Below, in pieces: positions 1 to 11,000 of a stretch of 64,000 nt of DNA. A program made the position numbers and the translations under genes. This DNA is from Eukaryota sp. TZLM1-RC (lineage: Eukaryota > Protista > Metamonada: BaSk clade). Within the stretch, counting starts at the first letter, position 1. Every line of letters begins with the position of its first letter. The notes under the pieces were generated by a model. That model had not been told where the DNA came from and ran no database searches. It saw only the letters and a program-made list of their open reading frames with translations. Location: the NCBI GenBank assembly GCA_040285825.1, contig JAUPSS010000001.1, positions 3,286,001 through 3,350,000 on the forward strand. Direction: 5' to 3'.

Positions 1-48
1 GGCTATGGTTAAATCAAATTCCATGGCATACAAGACAAGTAGCTTCAT
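1..48 (-). CDS. 5' end (exon 1 plus 29-nt intron at 3-31) of a tandem paralog of the secreted Cys-rich protein gene; continues off the left edge
   Basis: Positions 1-48 are identical to 1597-1644: ATG at 48, MKLLVF signal-peptide start, same GTATG...CATAG intron. Confidence 0.75.
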   Translation of the reverse strand, partial: MKLLVLYAMEFDLTIA

Positions 49-238
49 CGTGATCCAGAGAAGTGGAGATTTTTTGGTTTATGGCGTTTTTGTACTGTGC
101 TGTAGTCTTACTGTAGTTTCTGTTTACAGTAGGATCGACTTTACAGTTGAGCTCTTCTACAAGCTTTTGATTGGGCAAATTGTCTGCATTGTTTCAATTG
201 TTTTACATGTTTTAACAGTTGTTTTCGGCTTTATTTGA
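1..238. repeat. Direct repeat of 1597-~1840 (promoter, exon 1 and intron of a tandem gene family; period about 1.6 kb)
   Basis: Near-identical over about 185 bp, then diverging. Confidence 0.9.
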
Positions 239-910
239 GTTTTTGTGATTGACCACTCGTTATTAATTCAACTTTAGTATTTTTAACTAAAATTGTTGTT
301 TTTTTTGAATGGTCATTATTTGGTAGAATTGATCAAGAGTTGGTAATTATTAGCAAGATTCTCTTGGTGTGTTTCAAAAGTATTTTCCTTGCCTCATCCA
401 GTGTTTCAATGTCTTTTATTTTTAGGAAAAAGTAAACCTAATTTCGTGGAAACTGGTAACTGTATTAAAGAAATCTTCAAGATCGACCAATAAGTGTGAT
501 TTAACTGCAAGTTAAATGACATTTGTTTGAAACAGGAAATAAATAAACCAAACATTAAGGAGCCTTGCCAATGGAACTGTGTTGAATACTGGGTTGGTGA
601 TCAAACCACCCAAAGCTACGTGATTTAATAATACATACACAAACTATTTGATTAAGCTTATTACAACCTCCATTTGCAACCAAGAGCTGCACTTTCAAGA
701 AATGATTGGATGCAGTAACCTCCACAAACGTGAATACATGAACCAACTTGAATCACAGTCGTGTTTCAACAGCAAAGACCACTCTTTGCTAAAAATAGTT
801 TCTCAAAAGTTCCCACATCATTGAAGCACTTTAGTATTTTTGTTCCCATTCACACACTATCATACATAAAAAATCATTATTCACTCTATTTATTCAAACT
901 CTTGCTCACA

Positions 911-1644
911 CTACATTTCATGGTCACTAATGGGATGTTTGGGTTTTTCAAAGCAAGGTTGATCAGTACCGTGGCAAACCATTGGATCTTGCCAGAACTT
1001 GCAGTAGCTGCAGGGAGGACAGAAGTGCTTAGGAGTCCACTTGAGACACCAATCGGGAAGCTTGATGACCATTTTTTGATCAGTGTGAACAGGAGGTTTG
1101 CCATCTTCAAGATTGAGGTTCATTTCAAGATATTCAGTGTTCTTTGGATCAATTCTGATAATACCCTTCCAATGACGTTGGAATCCAGGTCTAGAAAGCC
1201 ACATATGAACTTCATCCTTTTCAGAAATGGTGCCGGTAACTTTCCACCAGAAGCCCTGGGCCCACATGGTTCCATGGAAGGATCCCTTACCATCGGCAAA
1301 GATTTGAGTAGTAACAGGCCATTTACGAATTAATTGTCCTTTTGGTCCAAATTCGTACTTATCACCAGACCATCCCCCATGACCAGTAAGAACATCAAAA
1401 CGACGATCAGACCAGGGGTATCTAGGGCAGATGGGTCTTCCATCACAAGGGATATCGAGGTGTTGGCATACAGGGGGATCTTGCCAGACCTTGCAGTAGG
1501 AATCTTCCCTAAAAAATTGGCAAAGTTCATCACCCTTCATTGGTCTTTCATGACCAGAATGAAGTTCAACTGCTAGAACAGCAACAGTAATTGTAAGGCT
1601 ATGGTTAAATCAAATTCCATGGCATACAAGACAAGTAGCTTCAT
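911..1644 (-). CDS. Secreted cysteine-rich protein, join(1644..1628,1598..911), 234 aa
   Basis: Removing the GT-AG intron 1599-1627 fuses MKLLVFLTITVAVLA (signal peptide) in frame to ORF 911..1540. Two SYCKxWQDPxVC modules flank an aromatic, beta-rich core. Confidence 0.8.
1599..1627 (-). other. 29-nt spliceosomal intron
   Basis: GTATGCCATGGAATTTGATTTAACCATAG; removal restores the frame and the signal peptide. Confidence 0.8.
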
Positions 1645-1695
1645 CGTGATCCAGAGAAGTGGGGTTTTTTTGGTTAATGGCGTTTTTGTACTGTG

Positions 1696-1712
1696 CTGTA
1701 GTCTTACTGTAG
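1696..1712 (-). promoter_or_regulatory. Paired CTACAG motifs upstream of the secreted-protein ATG
   Basis: CTGTAG at 1696-1701 and 1707-1712, also at 100-105 and 111-116 in the paralog; further ACTGTA/TACAGT matches nearby. Confidence 0.4.
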
Positions 1713-2080
1713 TCTCTGTTTACAGTAGGATCGACTTTACAGTTGAGCTCTACTACGAGCTTTTGATTGGGCAAATTGTGGTGTATTTTCAATATGTCAA
1801 AAAGATTTTGCTGCTTTATTGGATTTTTTGTGATACACCACTCATTATGAAATGAATTTCAGTACTTTGAACAAAAATTGATGATTTCTTTTGTTGTTTT
1901 GTGACGTTCTTTATCGGTGAACAGGACGTATTTCGCAAGTGTAATAATAATATTGATTGGAATGAACAAACAGCGGGGAACAGGTTTGTGAGGAAACACT
2001 AGAGCCCAACCATGGTTATAGTCTCTGAAAAACTCCAGCTTGTGGGCAAAATGAGAAGTAATAACCTTAAATGGTGCCAG

Positions 2081-2161
2081 TGTTGCCTTAGGTTGCAAAA
2101 GTGGTTGAGATAAAGATAATTTATTTTCTATTCATATTATAAAAGCCTTAGGGCGCCAACA
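2081..2161 (-). repeat. Family B 3' LTR (81 bp)
   Basis: TGTTG...CAACA termini and internal AATAAA; polypurine tract GAAAAAGGGGAAGAAGCAG immediately 5' (2162-2180). Confidence 0.9.
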
Positions 2162-2261
2162 CTGCTTCTTCCCCTTTTTCAAAGATAATAGGCTTATATA
2201 AATATGAACTAAACTATAAACAAATAACTAAGTAACTACAAATAATCTAAACTAATCTAAA

Positions 2262-4083
2262 CTAAGAATTAGCATCACTTCCTAATTCTAGTACTGCGTC
2301 TAGGCCTCTTGTAAGGCGTAGAGTTATTGGAGGTACTTTTTCGCTGACCAGTAGTACGTTTTCCAATTTTCTTGTTATTCCTACTGAACAACTTGTAGGC
2401 TTCTGAATGTTTAACTGAATGGAGAGGCTCTTCTGTTGACTCACCGCCAAACCATTGAACAGTACAGAACTACCTGAGTCAGAATTATATTCTGAGAGGA
2501 TTTTCTCTATAACGTGTTTCTCAGCATTGCCTACTGCGACTGCCTTAAGGAATTCGATATCCTGTGGATTATCTGCGTTATAGATTTTGCAATCTTTCTT
2601 AGCAGCCTTTAATTCGCTGCCAGTGATAAGATTCTTTAATAATAAAGTGGAGTTGGAAGGATGGTCTATTACTAAAAAGGGTCCGTTCCAAGATCCATGT
2701 AATTTATTATTCTGTTTGGTTTTACGTAGGACATAGTCACCAATGTTAAATACTATAGAACGCGAATTAGTATTGTCTACCGAAATCGGAGTATTTAATG
2801 ATTGATGACACTCTGCTTCTTCCCTTTTTTCTTGCAGACGAATATTTTTCAATTTAATATCGTCTAATAAAGGAATACTGGAATCAAATTTTGTTAAGTT
2901 TCCTAATATATTTGCAGGGTCTGATCTTGGACTAATCGAAGATCCAAACATTAGTTTGTATGGTGTAAAACCTGTCTTTCTGCTTTTGGTGGAATTTACT
3001 AATAGTTGGGATATGGGTACATAAGTAGACCAATTTCCATAATCATTAAAATCTATTAATAATTTCCTCAAGCATTGTAGAACGCCTCTATGTTTTCGTT
3101 CTACAAGTCCATTACTTTCAGAGTAGTGGGGTATTGAGTTACTCATCTCAATAGCTAATCTATTACACACTATCTTAAAAGTCTCATTGGCGAACTCAGG
3201 ACCATTATCACTATGAATTAACATAGGTATGCCAAAATTGCGCAAACGTTCCAAATCAAGGCATCTGCGGTCTCTAAGGCATTGAGTTCCTTCAGAGGGA
3301 CTAAAATTGAATATCCAGTAAAAGAATCTACAAATACTAATAAGTATTTATTACCATCACTATCAGTATTCAGAGGTCCAATTGTGTCGACATTTAATCT
3401 AGCAAAAGGACGATCTGCCCAAAGGGAACCTGTGGAAGGTGTTTTTATTCTTTTAACTGGTGCCGTTTTTTGACAAGTTGGGCATCTTTTGATGTGGTTT
3501 ATGAGGTCCTTTCTCATATTAGGCCAGAAAAAGTCGCTTTTGGACAGTTTATGTAGACTGTCGTTTTTGCTGGGGTGGCCTGATTGAACCAATCCATAAA
3601 TTAATAATAGTGCCTGTTTTCTGAGGCTTTTTGGAATTAGAATTTTATTTTTATTGTTTTTCCAAATTTGAGTATTTTCATCTAAAATTGCATTCTCAAA
3701 TAGAGGGTCATTATTATTTTTGGCTATTTGTTGTTCAGATCTTATTTTAGAGAACCAAGAAGAAAAAATAGGTAAGTCTTGGTGTCTACTTAGGGATGAA
3801 ATTGATGGGATGTCTTCGAAGTCCGAATCAAAATCATCGTCTATTGGAGGTATCTCGTAATTCGAAAGTAAAGTATCTGGTATATTTATACTACATATGG
3901 AAGGAGTTTCCTCATTTTGATCTAAATCAATATTCCTCGATAGCATATCCATTTTATTATTCTAGGTTTTCCTTTAATTAACTCATTAATTGGAGCTATT
4001 AATTCGGAAATACCTGGAAGCCAATCTCTAATATAATTGATGGATCCTACCAATGAGCGAACTTCTTCAAGACTAAGCGAACT
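2262..4083 (-). pseudogene. Family B pol remnant: RT thumb fragment, RNase H deleted, integrase plus chromodomain with frameshifts
   Basis: RSLVGSINYIRDWLP joined at TGG to DMLSR; GH...CPTC, VDTIG, SDNG, VER, GPF and VIEKIL motifs. Confidence 0.9.
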
Positions 4084-4919
4084 CCCTCTATTTGAGAATG
4101 CAATTTTAGAAATACTCAAATTTGGAAAAACAATAAAAATAAAATTCTAATTCCAAAAAGCCTCAGAAAACAGGCACTATTATTAATTCATGGATTGGTT
4201 CAATCAGGCCACCCCAGCAAAAACGACAGTCTACATAAACTGTCCAAAAGCGACTTTTTCTGGCCTAATATGAGAAGAGAAAGGACCTCATAAACCACAT
4301 CAAAAGATGCCCAACTTGTCAAAAAACGGCACCAGTTAAAAGAATAAAAACACCTTCCACAGGTTCCCTTTGGGCAGATCGTCCTTTTGCTAGATTAAAT
4401 GTCGACACAATTGGACCTCTGAATACTGATAGTGATGGTAATAAATACTTATTAGTATTTGTAGATTCTTTTACTGGATATTCAATTTTAGTCCCTCTGA
4501 AGGAACTCAATGCCTTAGAGACCGCAGACGCTTTGATTTGGAACGTTTGCGCAATTTTTGGCATACCTATGTTAATTCATAGTGATAATGGTCCTGAGTT
4601 CGCCAATGAGACTTTTAAGATAGTGTGTAATAGATTAGCTATTGAGATGAAGAACTCAATACCCCACTACTCTGAAAGTAATGGACTTGTAGAACGAAAA
4701 CATAGAGACGTTCTACAATGCTTGAGGAAATTATTAATAGATTTCAATGATTATGGAAATTGGTCTACTTATGTACCCACATCCCAACTATTAATAAATT
4801 CCACCAAAAGCAGAAAGACAGGTTTTACACCATACGAACTAATGTTCGGATCTTCGATTAGTCCAAGATCAGACCCTGCAAATATATTAGGAAACTTAAC
4901 AAAATTTGATTCCAATATT
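4084..4919 (+). pseudogene. Inverted duplicate of the family B integrase, interrupted by the family A insertion
   Basis: Reverse complement of about 2875-3707; resumes at 12240 after the TATT target-site duplication. Confidence 0.9.
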
Positions 4920-5074
4920 TGTTAGCCTTGGATAATATTTATAATAGTTTATTTATAGTTTATTGTATCATTGCGCCCATGCGCTTAAGTTAAGGGAAAT
5001 CCTCTTTCCCTTGTAATAAATTACTCTACTTTTCATATAAGGTCATGTCCCGTCATAACACCCGCAGATCATCA
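4920..5074 (+). repeat. Family A copy 1 5' LTR
   Basis: TGTTAG...CATCA, identical to 12085-12239. Confidence 0.95.
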
Positions 5075-8000
5075 ATACGTATTGGATCACCTTTGCGTGG
5101 TTCCAATGACACCTCCGAGACTGTTAGGACTGATCCTCCTACGTCTCACCTTTCGAGTTTTTCCTCCCAAACTCCTCAGTCGGGACCAGAACAACCCTTG
5201 ACAACTGGGTCCGAGGGAAGCAATGCTTCTCCTCCTCCTGTGTCGACTCCTCCTTCTGGAGATTCTGTCACACAACCCAATGCTTCAAGTTCTTCCTCCC
5301 AAACTCCTCAGTTGGGAACAGAACTACCCTCTGGTGACGAGAGAAGTGATACTTCCTCTCACCCTCCGGGTCAAGGTTCCACTCCATCCACGGATGTTCA
5401 TGTGGTTCCTATCAGTCTTTCTGTTCCTCCCACTAATGTGGAAAACTTTGTACCTCTTTCTCCTCCCCCTGGTTCTGAAGGAGAGGTTGAAGATTCCCTT
5501 TTAGGTCCTGAACAGTTCAGCACTTTAGATGAATATCTGAAGTATATCATCAACCAGACTGACCCTGACTCGGCCAGCAACAAGATATCTGAGCTGTTGA
5601 AGCTCAAGATGGTAGAATCTCCCTCTTCACCTATAGTTTGCGCTCCTGTCGTCCCTTCCACTTCTTCTACGGAAGTTCCTGGGGAAGGACAACGAGCTCC
5701 TTCCATTCCTTCTACGGAAGTTCCAATGGAAAGCAGCCCACCGCAACAACCAGCTCCTCCTGCAGTCCCTGCTGGTAACTCTAATCCTACTACTCCTTCT
5801 CGAGAAGTTCCTGTAGCAGGTCTTCCTGATACTTCTGCTCCTACTACGGTAGCTCCTACAGAAGTCCATTCAACTCCACCTGTTCCTCCTTCGGGAGTTC
5901 CTACTAGAGGAGTAATTCATATCCCCCCAACCTCTGGCCAGACTCCTCAGGAAGGTCACGTTGTCTCTTCTGTTCCTGCTGCTTGGCAGGTGCTTAGTGC
6001 TGCACAGCCTAACACCTATCAAGCCCCAAGCCAGACCCAGGAATCAGATTCTCCTTTCATCTCTACTCAGCAGAGAACTGAAGCTCAAAACTTAGTTCTC
6101 AATGCTGGTATTGAGTTAATGCAAGGAGATCCTGCATAGATTCCTCCCAATGAACTCATTGCTGCTTTACCCCCATTTTGGGGTCCAGAAGTGGTTAATG
6201 ATCACGGCTTTAGGATCCGCAGAACAATAGGCCCCTACTTCCCAACGGAGGAAGTAGACAATCTCACGGTTCGTTGTGACCCTCCTCCAAATTATCCTCA
6301 ACGGGAGACTGTTGGAGGGTTCAGAACTCCTCGTGAAGGTGTACAGAGGATCTTCGCTGGTGATGAGCTGAACCTCTTCCTCAACCGATGTACTCCATGT
6401 CCTTTTCCCAGGTTTAGCCCTGGATACAATGCTTCTCTTGATATTTATATCAACAGAGACTTCAGGACTGGATGGTGGTACACCTACACTACGAACTATC
6501 AGAGATTGTACCTTCAAGACCGCAGACCAGACCATTGCGCGTCATATTTTGGTCCAGAGCACAGAAGGAATAGGCCTCTAAGGGATGCCCTTATGAATGT
6601 ACAGGAGAACATTGTTGTCACCAATTCAAGTTCTCTTCTATGGGTTAACATTGATGGTAGTTTGGAAAGTTACTATCCAAGCAGTCATGACCCAGTAGAA
6701 TTGAGAACCTCTGACCCTGACCCAGTGGATACAGACACTGTTTTCTCATCTTTGAGCATTGAGCCTCAAGATGATCAACAAGATGAATCAATGGCGACTA
6801 CAGACACCCCTGAGACGGTGCAACAACCTGTAGTTGTCCAATCACAAGATCCATCAACTCCTTCCCAGGTTTCTCAGGACCCTAGGCTCCTAGGAGTAAC
6901 TCCATCTAACACTCCTATAGCTCCTCAGTATTCTAACACTCTACTGATGGAAGCTATGGCGAGTTCACAGGATAGAGACAGAGATAGACAAAGAGGTGGT
7001 CGTCCTAGAAAACCCATCCTGGAAGCCAACGATATCTCTGACCCATTAAGGATCTTGAAATTCATCGACAGATTTATTCTGTATGCTAGGACTGAGAGGA
7101 CCATTGAAGAGAGAGATATCAATGAATCTGATCCTACTCAAGTCAGACTAGCAAGAGAAGTGTCTGAACTAAGAAGGCAACTTGAGGAACGTTCTCGTCC
7201 TCCTGCCACTCCTCAATTCATTAGTAGGGAAAACCGGAACCTCCCTCTCGATCAGAGATATGGTAACCCCCTCCACGAGTGGGACCGATTCAGAGCTGCT
7301 GCTCAGGTCGACCCTCGTAGGATTGCCTCCTGTGTTACTCCAGAGTGCTTGGCCGCTCTGAGAGCCCAAGGCAGGTTTTCGACTATGTCTGATAGTATCT
7401 CAGCTATCGACAACATCAATGAGGAGCAAATATGGGAATCAATTTTACACCTCAGCCAGTATAGCACATTAGAAACGGCGAGGAATCAGTTATATAGAGT
7501 CCAGATGAATTGGAATATTCAGGACTTTAGGAATCGCTGGGGCGACTTCACTGTGAGGCTAATGAAAACAGTTTCACGAAGTACTGCTATTTCTGACGTC
7601 AGGGCAAGCGACCGTGCCTTGTATGGTCAACATTTCCTACAGCGCATTCAAAACTGGGAAATTGCAACCCATATGATTGATTCGGTTGGTATTCAGGCCA
7701 TCAGTGACAACCTGAGAACAGTATGGTCCACACCCAATGTTTGGCAACACCATACTTTACAACAATTTGTCGACATCCTGGCTGCTGAATACATGAGTTG
7801 GTGTTCAGCAAGATCCTATGATGAGCAAAGGGCCAACATCAGTGACAGCTATCAACAACATATGGGTCACTATGTTAGAGCAAACCCAAAGGACAAGAAA
7901 CGAATAGGCAAATTTAAGCCTGCGGGTTCCAGCGTCGCCCCTGCTCAACTTAGCAAAAGGAGCAAGTCACAAATTAAGAAAAAAAGAGATAAAGCTGGTC

Positions 8001-11000
8001 TCTGTAGATTCTGTGGTGTTCCAGGCCACACTATTAACGAATGTCCTGACCCCGATTGCCAGCGATCCAAGCAATGGCGAGATGCCAACCCAGATGCAGT
8101 TCAAGCATATTTGGCAAGAGGTAGTAGTAGTAGTAGTAGTAGAGGCAGAGGTAGACGTAGAGGACGAGGCAAGGGCCCTTCCAGTAGTAATAAACGTTCA
8201 CATAAATATCCACTGTTTACTATAGACCAAGATAGCTCTCCAACATGTAATACACCAAAGCAACGTTCAAACAAATGTTCATTGTTTACTATAGAGCAAG
8301 ACAGCTCTCCAACATGTAAAACACCAAACATTAAACAAACCTCAGTCTCCAACCAGTGGATTAAGTGTTTAACTAATCCTTTGACTACCCAGAATCTTAA
8401 AACAGCTACAACGATCGAAACACCAAATAATCCCTGTTTCAATCATGAGTTTGACTCGAACCCAGACTCAGAGTCCCACAACGATATCTTCATGGTTCGC
8501 ACCTCAGATGTCGCACACAAAAATTTAAAATTGAAATTTTCAATAAATAACTACGAAATAGAAGGGATCATCGACTCTGGAGCTTCGATATCAGTCATCA
8601 CTGTTGATGTAGCAGAGAGATGCAACATGGCAAAGACTAACCATTGCATAAACTTTAGATCTGCAAACAACATCATGTCAAAGTGTTTAGGATCAGCAGA
8701 AGGCACACTGAGCTTCAGACTCGGTAGTGTAACCCAACTAGTACATGTGAAACATAGCTTGGCCATCATTCCTGGCAACAACATGTTACTAATTGGTAGA
8801 GATCTGTTGCATCACCTAGGCTTATTGAACGATGAAGGCCTCTTCATCAAGATGGATGAGGAACATCGTACATTACTTCTGCCTGAGGCTGAATTCGACC
8901 ATCGAATCTCCCAAGTCTCAGATGTCGTCAACGGCCACAGACTTTGGTTGGAGCACATACAGTCTTCTGGTTGTACTATTAACCTCGACTGTGATAACGA
9001 CAAGAAGACCTTACTTCTAACCTTGAAAGAGTTCGAAGAGACATTCACCCTTAAGCCGCATGCTGATGGGATCGACTGTCCTCCAATGGAGATCAACTTT
9101 CATGATGAAAGTATTCGAGTCAGACGACCCCCTCGTAGGTTAAACCCCGAGAAGCAGAAAGTCGCCGAACAGATCTTCGACGAACTCGTCGAGTCTGGAT
9201 TTGCTGTACCATCGAACCATGAGTTCAGCTCTCCAGTATGTCTTGTGGTATACCCTGATCATCGTAAGCCTCGCCTTACTGGTGATTACAGCGGCAAGGA
9301 CGGAGTCAACGCCAACACTGTTCCCGTTGAACCTAATCTCCCTAGAATATCCGATGTGCTAGTTTTCCTTTCGGAAGCCAATTTCATCGGTACCCTTGAC
9401 CTCCCCAAAGTCTTTTGGCAACTAAAAATTGCAGAAAAGAACTGGGAGAAGACTGCCTTAAGCATCCCTGGCAAAAGTACCATGTTCAAACGTGCTGCTT
9501 TCGGCCTCAAGAACGTTCCTGCAGTTTTCCAGAACGTTGTGGCAGAGATCTTCTCCGGAGACGGTGTATTCATCTATATAGATGACATCATTATAGTTGG
9601 TAGAACTTTCAACGAGTTCCTCGGACGTCTAAGACGTGTCCTCGAGAAGGCTCGAACCCGTAGAGTTAGCCTTGGACTGCCCAAGTGCCATTTTGTGTCC
9701 TCTAGACACCCAATAAAGATCCTTGGTAGCAGATTCCAACACAAAACCAGGACCATAGATCCTACACGCACAGAGTCTTTACTGAATCTTCCCAGACCTA
9801 AGACTGTGAAAGACGCCCGTAGCCTTATCGGCTCAGTCAACGTCATTAGGGAATGGCTTTCCCAGGTAACCAAGCTTGTTGCCCCGATCATCAAATTAAC
9901 ACATGGCAAACCGCGTCGCTTGCAGTGGAAAGACACTCACGACTACCATTTAGCCGAAATCAAACGTCTGATCGCGGAGCATATGCCTCTAAACTTACCC
10001 CCGGTGGATAACCAAGTACTAATTAGTTGCGATGCCTCTGATATAGCAGTTGGCGGCGTGATTTGGGAACAAATAGAACCCACTAAGGACCCTGGTACTT
10101 CCTTACTCAATAGGAAATGTAGACCAATCAGCTTCTTCAGCAGATTGTTGACTAACTCCCAGCAGAACTGGCCCACGGTACAGAAAAAGCTTTATGCTAT
10201 CCTTCTCATGCTTATCGAAAGTGGCTTCGAGAACTACCTCAAAGGAAGGCGTCTGATCATTTTCACAGTTCACCAAAACCTTACTTACATGCTTACCGCT
10301 CCGAACAAAAACAGAATAGTCAGAAGGTGGCTTCCCATCTTTTCTGAGTTCCTATTCGACATCGTTCATACAAAAGGGGAAGAGAACCATTGGGCAGACA
10401 TGCTATCTAGGATAGTACCGCCCCAAGACAACCACACCATAAACCATCTGGTCCATTCCAACGACCAAGAGTTTCACCCTATCTACTACACTAATAGGAT
10501 TGATGAAACTGAGTCAGAGAGATGCTTCGTTGAAGATCTCCATACATTCGAGAAGGTGCTTATCCTTCAAGATAAATGCTCCAATGACCTCCCACTCTTC
10601 GAGCCATGGCTCTGCAAGATCAGGTCCGAACAAAAGCGAGCCCTCGCTAACCAGGACACCTCGTTAAACAACTGTACTTTGGATATTCGTCTAGATCTTT
10701 ATCTAACTCCAGAGCACAAGATCGTGATTCCTCAATCACTGGTTAAGGATACGCTTAACCTTCTACATGGACTCCCGCAAGGTGGCCACCCCAGTAAGGC
10801 AGAAAGTCTCCTCAGACTCAAGAACAGCGACTACTGGTGGCCTAACATGCTTTTTGACATGACCAAGCACGTCCAGGAATGCCCCTCCTGTCAGAAGACA
10901 GCAGCAGACCCCAAACTGCATGTCCCTACAACTGGTTCCTTGTGGGCTGACAGACCATTTGCAAGAGTTAACGTCGACGTCATTGGTCCTCTTCCAGAAG

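Noticed and set aside
5-238. Repeated small ORF MVKSNSM (also at 1601)
   Set aside because: It is the antisense reading of the intron, exon 1 and promoter of the secreted-protein genes.
761-1333. 190-aa plus-strand ORF, and the many short antisense ORFs within the Gag-Pol genes
   Set aside because: Shadow frames of better-supported genes on the opposite strand, with no recognisable motifs.
2077-2080. TSD for the outer family B element (CCAG versus CAAG at 14446)
   Set aside because: One mismatch in four, and the left flank does not match the paralogous empty site near 354, so it is not demonstrable.
4920-5082. Tf1-type self-priming by the transcript 5' end
   Set aside because: No upstream LTR segment complementary to ATACGTATTGG was found. 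Family B has only a partial AT-rich match at its AATAAA.
5083-5100. TGG 8 nt downstream of the LTR as a tRNA PBS
   Set aside because: It is too far from the LTR, differs between families, does not match the tRNAs in this window, and is explained by hairpin pairing. The full tRNA set was not available to check.
6137-6139. In-frame TAG codons (also 51815) as programmed readthrough or a reassigned genetic code
   Set aside because: Each is a sense codon in the other copy (TCG, TAC), and host genes such as eIF3e, RPN7 and the exchanger end in TAG at their expected C-termini.
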